From Heteronotia binoei (lineage: Eukaryota), in the NCBI RefSeq assembly GCF_032191835.1, contig NC_083228.1, positions 109,926,001-109,990,000 on the forward strand: 64,000 bases of DNA, read 5' to 3'. Made by a program: the position numbers and the translations under genes. This document shows, one piece after another, positions 22,197 through 34,705 of this stretch; position 1 is the stretch's first letter, and each line of letters opens with the position of its first letter. Under the pieces are notes generated by a model. It saw only the letters and a list, made by a program, of their open reading frames with translations. It was not told where the DNA came from and ran no database searches.

Positions 22197-22361
22197 ATGC
22201 AAATCATCTACTATCAGAACCCAGTATGTATGTATATTACTCTGAAAGTTTGGAATTTGCATGCTGCTTAATTTAATGATGGAAATGCTATACATACTGA
22301 GCAGCTCTTTGCCTCTCATTATGCAAATGAACAGCTCTGTTTAGCATATCTCCATGCAAAT
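22197..22361. promoter_or_regulatory. Cluster of four perfect POU octamer motifs (candidate enhancer)
   Basis: ATGCAAAT at 22197-22204, 22321-22328 and 22354-22361; ATTTGCAT at 22255-22262. The motifs are directly visible; function is inferred. Confidence 0.45.
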
Positions 22362-24902
22362 ATCCATGACCAAGTTTCATACTGATAGGCTCCAAACTGC
22401 TGAATTCTAATCTTTTCTGTTCATACTTCTTTAAGGAGGGTACCAAGTGCATGTCCAAATAAAGAAATCAAAATGTGCAATTGTTTTCTATTGGCAAATT
22501 TACTAGAGGAAATCCTCCTTCTGAAAAAGCACAATGGTTCATGATTTCTCCAGAGTAAATAGCAGCCATGGAAAACAAGGCTTATCCTGTTGTAATACAT
22601 TCCTCAAGAGGCCAAAATTAAAAAGCTTATCTGTCAACTTTAGAGAACTATGCAAACTAATGTCTAAAGGGATACACGAGCTGAAAATGAAATCTTATTT
22701 TCCCATTTTTTTTTTAAAAAAAATTGACGCTAGGGAAAAAATAATTCAATAGTAGATTTAAGAAGAATGCATCTCCAGATGTTATTTTAAACATTCAGTC
22801 CCCAAAATGAAATGTATTTTGTGTTGCATTTATGCAATTTTGTTCTGCTCCTGTCAATCTCAACAAATGGCTATTGGGGGTCATTATTTTTCTGTTGTTT
22901 TCCATACGAATAATAATGGTTACATTCAGACATCGCAATCAACTGAGATGAAAATGAGACTGGGCAAGAGCACAACTTGTTGTAGTGTTTGAACATTGTC
23001 CTTGCTCCTCCATCTCCCTTCAAGCACATACCTTCAAAGCTTCTAATCAGCTGTGCAAGGCAGTCTTAGTAATTCTGGAGTCCTTGGCAAAAGTCATGGA
23101 TGGAGCACCCCACAGCACCTCCCCAATGCTGCCTTTAGTCATACCCAACTCAGTCTACCTAACGTGGTTGGCATGGTATTAAGCCACTCTGGGTCCTCAT
23201 CAGTGAAGAAACTGGCGTATAAATGGAGTAAACATTTAAACCATTTCAAAATATACACCAAAGTGGTGGCTGAAGCAGTTCATTTCTGCTTGGATCCAGG
23301 CAGACTCCAATGGCATCAAATTTCCAGTCTTGATTTGAATACTTAGTGTACTCCTTAACCCTCAATCTGTTTTCCCCCGAGTGGGAATCAGAAGAGGCAG
23401 CCAGTTTGGAGGGTATGTGTGAGGTGGGGTGGACATCAGAGGTCCTCAAGTTAAAACAGAAAAGGAAAAAACAAACAAACCACAAATGAGCAGAAGTTAA
23501 TTCCCCCACCTTGAAGCACAGAGAAGAGCCAGGGAAACCCTCCATTCTTGCTCAGCACTATAAAGCTGTAGCAGCTGTTCTTGCTGGTAAGTGTTTTTAG
23601 TGAAGGGGAGAAACCACTCTACTACTTGTGGAGGGGATGCTTCAGTTTCTCATCCCACATGGGGAACAACGGAGTTGCTAGCTCCAGCCATTGTCTGCTT
23701 TTCACCAGCCCCACAGCTAAGCTTATGGCTGGATTTTTCTTTTGCTCTTTTACTTTATCACTTAACTATTTTAATTGTTGACCTCCACCCCTTAATTCTG
23801 TCCATTTGGAACTCCCTGCTACTTGAAACTCCCTGACTCCATAGACCTGCGTATATCCCACCATTGGTTCTGGCATCCTGGTAGCAACAGAGGCAACCAG
23901 ACAGGGAGGGGTCTGCAAGCATAGGCCCTCCCTGTCATGGGACCCAGGGCATTTGCCCCAGATGTAATGGGTTAAGACCACCTCTGCAACAATGAAATCC
24001 AGATGCAGGTAACTCAGTGTATTGGGGTTTGTTATTGCCATATGATCCAATATTCTAAACCATGATTCAGTCTCAGTTGAGAATCCTGGACAGTGGAGAG
24101 TAAATTCTCCAAGATGTCTGCATTTGTAAGTAATGGCGAACAGCAGATTGAACAAACCAGGAAGTTTTGAAACAAGCTTGACAAATGAAGAGAGGTGAGA
24201 GCAATGAGAACAGCACCTAGCCATGACAACGAACTGTAGTTTACCAGCTTCAGTTAATCTTTGTCTTTCATGACATCTGAGTGCAGCATGTAGGCCAAGC
24301 AGGTTATAACAGTATGACTTAGAGCCAAACTAAATGAAATATTAGTAATATTAGTAATTTTGATTCTGAAGTTCCCAAACATTAAACTTTGAAAATAAAA
24401 GCTGTGGAGGATATCTACGGAGTACCTGCAAATGGTGAAGTGATGGACAATTTATCCACTCCTTTATCTGTGTATTTTTATTCCAGGGTGGAAAAACTGT
24501 TCATCACTTCCCCATTTTATGCTCACAACAAACCTGTGAAGTAGGCGAAGTTGAGAGAAAATGACTAGCACACAGTCACCAGTTAGGCAGCAAAGCTGTA
24601 TGGTGGATTAGATACAATGGAAAGAAGAATGATGTAAACCACTTTGGGTGCCCACTGGTGGGGTATCTAGGGTTGCCCTGTTTCCCAGGAAAGATATCAT
24701 ATTTATGGTCCTCTGGAATGCGCTTCCTGGAAAACCCTCTTTCAAAAGTAGTCTTGGAAAATCAGGGGCAACTCCGTGCTGAAAACGGTGACAGAGCCAG
24801 TTCAGGAATTTAAATGTAAATGACAGTCAAAACACCAGAGCAAGACAGAAGTCAAGGCACATTGTAATGTAGATGATCACTTTTGAAAGTGCAGCATTAC
24901 TG

Positions 24903-25140
24903 GACCTTTTGCCCAGTGTAAAATCAGCCAATGTTTTCACAGCAGACTTTTTATGGGGTGGTTTGCCATTGCCTTCCCCAGTCATCTACACTTTCCCCCC
25001 AGCAAGCTGGGTACTCATTTTACCGACCTCAGAAGGATGGAAGGCTGCGTCAACCTTGAGCTGGCGACCTAAAGCCAGCTTCTGCCGGGATTGAATTTAG
25101 GTAGTGAGCAGAGAGCTTGGACTGCAGTACTGCAGCTTTA
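24903..25140 (-). mobile_element. Sauria/Squam2-like SINE
   Basis: GGGGTGGTTTGCCATTGCCTTCCCCAGTCATCTACAC...CTGCAGTACTGCAGCTTTACCACTCTGCGCCATGGGGCTC. Confidence 0.8.
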
Positions 25141-25489
25141 CCACTCTGCGCCATGGGGCTCTTCCAGGTTTACACTGCAGCGTGAAAAATCATGGGTTTT
25201 CCCCATGCACAACAGTGGCGTGGAGCAGCTGGTGCAAAATTGCTAGCTCGCTCCAGAGAGAAACGGAAGCCTGGTATGGAGCAAGGTTAGTGCGGAATCA
25301 GCCTTGGATTCAAATTTCCATCTACTTGGTCAGTGGGTGAAGTTACTCAGTTACTTTCCCTTAACTAATGTCTCATTAGGGAGCTATAAGGATTAAATGG
25401 ATGAGGGACAAATCTATACGTATGGGCCTGAGCTCCCCAGCTGAAGTATAAAAATGGGAGGGGGGCTGAAGAGAGTCTGCCAGTGCAAG

Positions 25490-26010
25490 TTGAAACTTTC
25501 AGCCAACCTTGGAAAGTTGCAGGGGGCAGTTGAATCAATACAGCATTTCTTCTGAAACTGATATAACAGTCAGAGAATCTTGGATTTTGGCCAAAAAACT
25601 TATAGCCTGAGGCGGGAACTTAATCTGAGCTACCAAGCACTGGCAAGCCCTAGAACGAAACAAACAAGACTGCAACAACATCTCCTGTGAACTCCATGCT
25701 ATATAAAGCCTCTGCAGTCTAGATTGACCCTGTTAGGTTTATATTAGGGACCTGGTATTCTGCAACCGGGGGGAGTCAATAGGGCAGAACTTCTTGCCTG
25801 CTACATTCTTAGTTGCATCTCCTGCTCAATCATGGCCACTCCAGGAATTGACAGCAGCAATCTAGTGTTGAAGATCCATCTCTAGATCTACACACTCCCA
25901 CAACTCTGAGAATAAACTACTTATATATTGGAGAACATCCAAGTTCTAGAAGAAGAGTACTTGATGGGAGTCAAGCCACATGGTTGGACAGGAGAGGCAT
26001 TGTATTACAT
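25490..26010 (+). mobile_element. Possible solo LTR
   Basis: TATA-like CTATATAAAG near 25699 and AATAAA at 25911, about 210 bp apart, in U3-R-U5-like order; ends near TGTATTACA; no TSD confirmed. Confidence 0.3.
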
Positions 26011-26849
26011 ATTTTAGTATTTATTTCAAGTTACTGTCTTTTCCCTAAGTAAATCAAAGATTTACTAGCAAGTTTAGAAAAGACCCCCTGATTCTCTTTC
26101 TTTTCCCCTTCCCTTCTCATTTGCTAATTGTACCAAGTACTATTAATTAGTATTCAGCGATGTGTGTATGAAAATTTATAGCAGACAGAACTCTCGGGGG
26201 GGGGGGGGGAGGGAAGGCTGCAGACTGAGACGGTTGATGTGAAAGAGAACGGCTCCATGGCACGGAATGCTCTGTCACTGCATCATGGTGTCCCTAGTGT
26301 CCCAATGATCATACTTCCTGGGACAGTATCACATTTGAGTGGTAACGTGTACAAGCAGCATGAGAACACAATGAAGCAAAATGGCACTGCCTCTCATTTG
26401 TCTGATTCACACTGCAGATATTTTCAGTGATATTTCCCTGTTTTCTTTCCTGCATTATTCCTTTGAATGACAAAGGAGTTTGAGTGATTTTTCCTTAGCA
26501 CACCACAGTTTTAAAATTTAGCTCAGTTTATATATTGCATATCAAGTTGTTACAATCTATGTGCCAGGTTGTGGGTTGGGGCTGACCATTTGACATCTTT
26601 GTGCTTTATGTGGCCTTCTTACAATACTTGCCAATCAACTTGTCTGAAGTCATTTCTCGGTTCATGTATTAGTGTACACTTAGGATGCCATAAGTGTGCA
26701 CTCCTAATATTGAGTGTGTTTGTAACAAATTTATCTTTGCAAAAACATTCTCCTGTCTTCCATGTTATCATCTCTATGAGGTAGATTACAGTTAGGGTTG
26801 TGGTTAGGGTTAGGCTGAAAACTTGTGTCTGGCCCCCAATTGCTGTGGT

Positions 26850-27065
26850 TAGATCCAGGTGGGTAGCTGTATCAGTCTGAAATAACGTGACAAAGATAGA
26901 GTCCAACAGCACCTTTAAAACCAACAAAGTTTTACTCAGGATGTGAGCTTTCATGTGCATGTACACGTTGTCTAAGGTTTCAATCTTGTTTGACAAAGTG
27001 TGCATGCACATGAAAGCTCACATCCTGAATAAAACTTTGTTGGTCTTAAAGATGCTATTGAACTC
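26850..27065. mobile_element. Inverted pair of Penelope pseudo-LTR ends (74-bp arms, 19-bp spacer)
   Basis: Arms 26899-26972 and 26992-27065 are reverse complements at 67/74 positions; each has GTGT(G/A)CATGCACAT-GAAAGCTCA and AAAACTTTGTTGGT-TTAAAG. Confidence 0.8.
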
Positions 27066-27177
27066 TAACTTGGTCAAATCACTATGGATGTTAGTGAACT
27101 CCTGCTTGTTTGGCTTACATTCTGTTCACCACATGGAAACAGAGACCCAGCTTTTTGGCAGATTGTTCCTCTGTTTG

Positions 27178-28478
27178 TTGAAGAAGACTCAGCATGGGTT
27201 CTGCAAGGGAAGATCTTGCCTCACTAACCTGTTACATTTCTTTGAGGGGGTGAACAAACATGTGGACAAAGGAGACCCAATAGATGTTGTTTACCTTGAC
27301 TTCCAGAAAGCTTTTGATAAAGTTCCTCATCAAAGGCTCCTTAGAAAGCTTGAGAGTCATGGAGTAAAAGGACAGGTCCTCTTGTGGATCAAAAACTGGC
27401 TGAGTAATAGGAAGCAGAGAGTGAGTATAAATGGGCAGTCTTCGCAGTGGAGGACGGTAAGCAGTGGGGTGCCGCAGGGCTCGGTACTGGGTCCCATGCT
27501 CTTTAACTTGTTCATAAATGATTTAGAGTTGGGAGTGAGCAGTGAAGTGGCCAAGTTTGCGGATGACACTAAATTGTTCAGGGTGGTGAGAACCAGAGAG
27601 GATTGTGAGGAACTCCAAAGGGATCTGTTGAGGCTGGGTGAGTGGGCGTCAACGTGGCAGATGCGGTTCAATGTGGCCAAGTGCAAAGTAATGCACATTG
27701 GGGCCAAGAATCCCAGCTACAAATACAAGTTGATGGGGTGTGAACTGGCAGAGACTGACCAAGAGAGAGATCTTGGGGTCATGGTAGATAACTCACTGAA
27801 AATGTCAAGACAGTGTGCGTTTGCAATAAAAAAGGCCAACGCCATGCTGGGAATTATTAGGAAGGGAATTGAAAACAAATCAGCGAGTATCATAATGCCC
27901 TTGTATAAATCGATGGTGCGGTCTCATTTGGAGTACTGTGTGCAGTTCTGGTCGCTGCACCTCAAAAAGGATATTATAGCATTGGAGAAAGTCCAAAGAA
28001 GGGCAACTAGAATGATTAAAGGGCTGGAGCACTTTCCCTATGAAGAAAGGTTGAAACGCTTGGGACTCTTTAGCTTGGAGAAACGTCGACTGTGGGGTGA
28101 CATGATAGAGGTTTACAAGATAATGCATGGGATGGAGAAAGTAGAGAAAGAAGTTCTTTTCTCCCTTTCTCACAATACAAGAACTCGTGGGCATTCGATG
28201 AAATTGCTGAGCAGACAGGTTAAAACGGATAAAAGGAAGTACTTCTTCACCCAAAGGGTGATTAACATGTGGAATTCACTGCCACAGGAGGTGGTGGTGG
28301 CCACAAGTATAGCCACCTTCAAGAAGGGTTTAGATAAAAATATGGAGCACAGGTCCATCAGTGGCTATTAGCCAGAGTGTATGTGTGTATATAAAAATTT
28401 TTGCCACTGTGTGACACAGAGTGTTGGACTTGATGGGCCGTTGGCCTGATCCAACATGGCTTCTCTTATGTTCTTATG
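27178..28478 (+). mobile_element. Young 5'-truncated CR1 LINE with uninterrupted RT/C-terminal frame
   Basis: Open frame KTQHGFCKGRSCLTNL...YLDFQKAFDKVPH...KFADD...SISGY* ending at 28371; CR1 3' end; near-identical by eye to 11480-12789. Confidence 0.95.
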
Positions 28479-29884
28479 ACCCATGCATGACAGTTCAGAA
28501 TGTTGCTTCACCATATTCCTTTCTAATGGTACAGAAGAACACAACAGGCTTTTTTGTGTATGCACATTCTCACACAGCATGATTGAATCCTGTTTCACTC
28601 CAATCCTTGCTGTTCTGCTTGACAAGCAATTGTTTTAACAGACAATAATATCCATCACAACTGCCATCAAGTCACAACCAACTTATGATGACGGCTTCTG
28701 TAGTCTTCAAGGAACAACAACAACAACAACCAAAGGTGGTTTGCCATTGCCTTCTTGTACATAGCAACCCTGGTCTTCCAAGTACTGCCCATGACCAGCC
28801 TTCGGCTATTCAGGCTGCTGTGACTATATCTGGCATTCCTACACTGAATGCCTGCATAGCTGAACTCTCCAAGTGTGTTTCCTCATGGCACTTTAGCCCA
28901 TATGACATGTGGATTCATAATACAAAGATGGCCACCATATTTAACAGTGGAATTCTCCACTGGAATAAGTAGACCTCTTTGCCCAGTTATCAACAACAAA
29001 GCCAAATTGTCAGCAATACAATGATTTGGAGAACTGCAGTTAAATTCTATCTGTAGCATTAGCTTCCTAAATGTTTTTTAGCAACATAATCCTAAACAGA
29101 GTTACATCCTTCGAAACCCATCAAAGTCAATGAGGGTATAATTGCTATGTGGTTCCTCTGATTTAAATTATAATTAATTTCCTGTTGTGTATTTAAGACA
29201 GCAGGTCTCTATGCAGTTTGTTGTTTCAGAGACAAATAAAGAATAAGGCAAGTTGAACCCATTGACCTTCAGCAAAAGGAACACTGTGAACCACATAAAA
29301 GTTTTTTGTTTAAAAAAAGGAACTTAAGTGTAAAGTCTTTTCAAACATGTCTGTCCGCATTGGTAGTCTGAATGCATTCCAAGGAAAATTCTCAAGACTT
29401 TTTGCCAAGAATGAAATTCTTTAAAAGGGAGGCTTCATCCAGAGAGTCACCACAATTATACTGTGGTAGAGATAAATCTGCTCTTGCTGCTCTCAAGGAA
29501 GGGCTACAACTTTGTATGCAAACAGTCTCAAATTCTGCCTGCAAAGTGATCTCCATTCATCTTTGAAAGTCAAATTACAGGTGTATGCAGACAGGAGCAG
29601 AAAGGATACCGACACCCTCACAATGATTTGGATAACTGAAATCACTCTCTCTGTGTACTTTTGAAAAGACACCTCAAATAGTTAAAAGGTTTGTCTTTAT
29701 AGATCTATTTCTCAAATGGGGGGCCCATCTGCAGATACATAAATATGTGAATCGGGGCCATATATACCCAAAACAGATTGTTCTGCAAACTTGAGGGACA
29801 CCCCAAGTATACAGAAAAAAATGGAAAACTTCAAAAAAACAAAACAAAATGGGGGTTTAAATCCAGCATGTTCCCCAGAGGCAA

Positions 29885-30290
29885 TGACCAGAGAAGCAGT
29901 TTGGTATAGTGATTAAAAGTGGCAGACTCTTATCTGGGATCACCAGGTTTGATTCCCAACTTCTTCACATTCCCCACTCCTTCACATGCAGCTGCTGGAA
30001 TGACCTTGGGCCAGTCATAAGCAGGGCTTTTTTGGTAGAAAAAGACCAGCAGGAACTCATTTGTATATTAGGTCACACTTCCTGATGCCAAGCCAGCCAG
30101 AACTGTGTTCCTGCTCAAAAAAGGTCCTGGTCATAAGGCTCTCAGTACTGTTCTGCTCAAGAGCAGCTCACAAAAGAGCTCTCTCAGCCTCACCTACTAT
30201 ACAGGGTGTCTGTTGTGGGGAGAGGAAGGAATAGGAGATAGTAAGCCACTCTGAGACTCTGAGTAAAGGGTGAGATATAAATGCAAACAC
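29885..30290 (+). mobile_element. Squam3 SINE interrupted by an hAT MITE
   Basis: AGAAGCAGTTTGGTATAGTGATTAAAAGTGGCAGACTCTTATCTGGG...CCAGGTTTGATTCCC head; CTCTCAGCCTCACCTACTATACAGGGTGTCTGTTGTGGG body. Confidence 0.8.
30022..30129 (-). mobile_element. hAT MITE (CAGGGCT family) nested in Squam3
   Basis: CAGGGCTTTTTTGG...AAGGTCCTG; perfect TSD GTCATAAG (30014-30021, 30130-30137). Confidence 0.82.
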
Positions 30291-31094
30291 CCCCCTCTCC
30301 ACCACCCCCCTGCCTTGCTGGCTATTTGTCAGGCTGGTGAAGGGTGAGCCTGATCCCATATTTACCCAGTCCCTCTTCTGTCTATGATTCCATGGGAGCT
30401 GGTCTGGCCTTTCATGGGAAGACATGTTTGGCCTGCTCTAGGTCCAGGTTTGGAGTTTAGCCAACAACAGGATCAGTTGCCATGGCTGGGTCTCACAGAT
30501 CTGTACATTTTATAGGAGGGGGGGTGGATCAGTACAAGGGGAAAAATTATTTTTAAAAAAGCCAGACTCTTCAATTTTGCTTCTCTCAAGGGAGAAGTAA
30601 AATTGAAATGGAATTATATAAACTGAATTGGCAAGTTTGCAGACTGTGGTCTCATCCTTAGCATAAATTGTAGACGATACTGAGAGACTGGGAAGCTCAA
30701 ATGCTATCACATGGTCAAGCTATAAGCAGTTCCAAGGCTGATCGTTCTTTGCAACAAACTGCTGGATGAGAACAAAAAGCCTCTAGGGGAAATATAGGCT
30801 GTCTCTAATTAGTAATTGGAAAAGAGGAACCGAAACTGCAATCTGAATACTATGTGAGGGATATGGTCCCTAACCTAAACTGATAATACTTCCACTTTTA
30901 GAGCTATATTTTTATTATTCCCATTTACATAAAAATCACAAATAAAATTTCAAGCAATAAAAACCACAACAAAATTACAGAAGAGGTCAAGTTAGTGGTT
31001 CCAGACATTGAAGAAAACTAGAACAGATTAAGTTGCTCATGTAGCAATGGAACAGCAGAAAAATTGTTTTGCAAATAAAAAAATAATGCCAATC

Positions 31095-31310
31095 ACAGAT
31101 GGCTCTAAAACAGGGTTAGACATTCATGGAGGAAAGGCATCAATGGTGACTAGCCTTGGTAATAAAAAGGAACCTCCATATATGGAGACAGCAAACCTCT
31201 GATTAGCAGTGCTAGGAGGCAACAGCAACAGAGAAGGCCTCAGTCTTAACTTCTTGTTTGTTGGCCCTCCAGGGCAACTGATTGGGCACTTGCTTGGAGC
31301 CTAGGGTTCT
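31095..31310 (+). mobile_element. Old CR1 3' fragment
   Basis: AAAACAGGGTTAGACATTCATGGAGGAAAGGCATCAATGGTGACTAGCC; homologous to 39430-39740 and 48600-48910. Confidence 0.65.
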
Positions 31311-31352
31311 AGCAACGAGTGGGAGAAAGATTATTATTTTTTTTTTTGCCAT

Positions 31353-31589
31353 TAGGGATGACAAGAGATCGCATTCAGGGAAGCCCAGAAATGACATCAT
31401 TGCCTCTCTAGGAAATTCCTGAAACTTTGTGGTTTTAAAACCACAGAGTTTTTGGCAGTTCCTAGAGAGGCATGACATCATTTCTGAGTTTTCCTGGAAG
31501 TGATGTAATGTCACTGCTGATACCCTGCCTCCCATGTCCCCACCCCACTCGATCTCTGGCTGGTTGCCATAGTAGGCCTAACAACCCTA
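31353..31589. mobile_element. hAT-like MITE with palindromic core
   Basis: TAGGGATGAC...ACAACCCTA termini; central inverted repeat CTCTCTAGGAA...TGTGGTTTTAAAACCACA...TTCCTAGAGAG; TSD not recovered. Confidence 0.6.
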
Positions 31590-33427
31590 CATCTTTTTGT
31601 GTTTTAAATGTAAATGAAGTGTAGAGAAATCTAGCTAATCTTTTTTGAAAATACTAATATGGTATAGTAGAACGGAAGATATGTTACAACCCAAGAGGTG
31701 CCCAAAAATCTTAGCTCAGTCTGTTCTCTCAGATTCTGCCCCTTACCTGTAACATCAGGGAAGCAACCTACCTTGGAAGGTTTTTACAAAGAATACTGAG
31801 GTAAAATGCACCTCATAACATCCACACTTAAAGAAAAATATAAATGGTGTTGATGATAATGATTGTATAATTACACAGACAGCTATCAAGAGTGATCTGT
31901 AACTCTGTGAAAAACACACCATGGATGCTTAATTATTAACTTCTGGTAATGATTTATGCATACAACATGTTACTTAGGTGACATTACTGTGTAATAAGTA
32001 TAGTGCTGGCGAACAAGTGCTTGTTAGGCTTGGTTCCAAAGCTTTGTACAAAAAAACTGTTGCAATACAAACCTGTTCCCTGGTGAGGTTCTTTCCACAT
32101 TAGAAAGAAGACACCGAATTGGCAACCTTTGGGAGAGTCTCTGTGCTAAAAGAACAGGTGTGTGTAGAAGCAAAGAAGGTCAGAGATGTATCAGCAGCGC
32201 TATGCGGGGAAGCGTTTATTACCATGCCAACAGTGTTTCTATTTTTGCAGTGCGGATTGCCAGCCTAGGGTTTCAAGTGCAGCCAAGAGGGACTAGGCAG
32301 TCCTGAATCCCTTGCTTAGTAATTATTTTGCAGTATTTGTATGCCCTGCATGTAGACTAACTGTATCCCCCCCACACACTTCTCTCCTGCTCATAGCTCT
32401 AAGGAAGAGAAACTTGTTCATATTTCATTGTTGCTGCAAAGTTAGACTTGATGGAGCTTTGAGGGAAGTATGTGGGGGGTGTTCTTCCTGTGGATTATAT
32501 ATGTCCCTCACCAGAAATCCTATATGGATTTTCTTAGTGTATCTTCAACAAGGAATTGGTTTTACAGAAGAAAATTCACATTTTGCTTGCTACCAATCAA
32601 GGCACACTGGATGCACTGTCAGCTTCACTTTCTCTCTTTTGACATATCTCTAACCATGAATGAAGGCAACCATTCCCTCTTTCCTAAAACAATAACTCAG
32701 GATCATCCCAATGTGATTGATTGCCAGGCTATGAGGCTAGGTGAAAAGAAGCACTTCGTCATTCAAGACATACGGTAATTCACTTATAGAATGGGCTATA
32801 ATATCTCAAGATGTTCTGATGGCTACCTCTTTTGATGATGCTCGAAAAAGAGTTTGATGAACCTATGGAGATTAGGGCTAGCACTTACTGTTAGCCGTGA
32901 TACCTAAATGGATCTGCCACAGACAGAAGCAGCATTTCTTTGCTTATGACATGTACAAAGGGATAAACCTTTAGCCTTCATACAGTGCTTGGGAATCCAG
33001 AGGCATTTATACTGCAGCTGCTAGTATCTATCTGGAGAACATTAATCTCATTCTAATCCAGCATGGTAATTCTTACATTCTATGGCTATGTTTCTCCTTT
33101 TAACTTCAACTGAGTTCATTCTTGTCACTATCATAGAATATCACTTAGGTGAAAATACCTCCAAGGGCTTTCTAATCCAGAACACCACCCACACACAAAT
33201 TTCTTAAAGTCTCTTTGTCTGCACACATGATCCAGATAACAGATGTAGTATACTGTAGGTGCTTGTGGTACAAGGCCAGGTTGTACTTTGGAAATGAAGA
33301 ACAAAAAAGTTGCAGTTTGTGGCAGTTTTTGCACTTGCACAGTCAGCAAACTAAATAATTTCAATTACAGCGAATGATCCACATATTCCGTAGGATAAAA
33401 TGGCCTACCTGTAAATGATGGAATATG

Positions 33428-33598
33428 CAGGGATGGAATTCTAGCAGGAGCTCCTTTGTATATTAGGCCACACGCCCCTGATGTAGCCAATCCTCTTAGA
33501 GCTTACAAGGCTCTTTTTTGTAAGCTCTTGGAGGATTGGCTACGTCAGGCGTGTGTGGCCTAATATGCAAAGGAGCTCCTGCTAGAATTCCACCCCTG
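33428..33598. mobile_element. Palindromic hAT MITE (same family as 8433-8593)
   Basis: CAGGGATGGAATTC...GAATTCCACCCCTG; perfect TSD GGAATATG (33420-33427, 33599-33606). Confidence 0.88.
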
Positions 33599-34705
33599 GG
33601 AATATGCATCCTTTAATAGTAAGGTGGTCAACTCCAGGTTGAGAAATTCTGGGAAGATTAGGGGTGGGAAGTGACCTTAATGGGGCATAATGCCATCATG
33701 TTTACCCTCCAAAGCAGCCCTTTTCTTCAGGGGACCTATTCTCCATGGTTTCATCAAACCCTGTAGACTTGCACATAGGAGTTTTTCTTTTGGTTTTGTT
33801 ATTAATGTCAAAAGGAACTGCTTTGTTATGGGGTCATTTCTTATGGTTTTGTTTCATTGTTGTTTGTTTCATTATTGTTTAGTTTTCATAATTGTATTTT
33901 GTTATTATTTCCCATTTGTTTCAATGTAAAACCTACCTTCTTTTTGGGACTATACTGTCATGATTTTGGACAAAATTCAGGGAGCTTGTAGCATTTCCAT
34001 AGGACAAACACATTCCCAAATTTTAGATAAAGGGTAGGATTTCATTAGAACACAGCATTAATTTATGACTAATTTATATAATTTGTGACTGGTTTAATTG
34101 TCCAATTAAACACTTGTTTCTTGAGTAGGTGTCATGCACTAAAGATGTGGAAGTAGGGTAACTCATTCAGGCTATGTAAGGATGCACATATACAAAACGC
34201 ACTGAACTTCTTGGTCAGGAAGTAAGAGTGAAACAGCCCACCAAACAGCTAAGGGCAGGTTGATGAGGAGCTGAACTGATGATTTAACAATTGGTACCCT
34301 GCATGCAACTTGTGAAGTGCTGGAAAGTAAGGAAACTAGTATGGAAGTATATTACCACAGACTTTTCAGATCACTAGAACTTGCATAAGGATATAAGAAT
34401 TCCTATGCTGGATCAGACCAAAGTTCTTTCCAATATGCCACTTTCAACAGGGCCAGCTACAGGTCCCCTAATTTGCTCACATCAAGACTGTAGGGATGCC
34501 CTTACTTAACAGCTTGAGGTAGACACTCAGGAACAGGTGCAAAGAAGGATCTGTTGAAAGTAAAAGGAGGAATGGATGGCTTGAGGCTTTCAGTTGTGCA
34601 AAGTGAGCAACTTCCCATCAGGAATCATACTCACTGAAAAGCATAGAATGAAAGATGAACATTTTTTAGTTGTGGCAATATCACTGGGTCCTAACTGCAT
34701 CAAAA

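Noticed and set aside
23766-24224. 152-aa minus-strand ORF; similar GC-rich ORFs at 10408-10745 and 46807-47395
   Set aside because: No recognisable domains or splice context; overlapping ORFs on several frames fit low stop-codon density in GC-rich, probably TE-derived DNA.
26791-26814. Interstitial telomeric repeat (GTTAGGGTTGTGGTTAGGGTTAGG)
   Set aside because: Only two or three degenerate units, lying within a MIR/Squam-like GAGGTAG...TTAGGCTGA segment.
32401-33120. Mitochondrial insertion (frequent TGA in one frame read as Trp)
   Set aside because: The same frame contains AGA/AGG, TAA and TAG, and the peptide resembles no mitochondrial protein.
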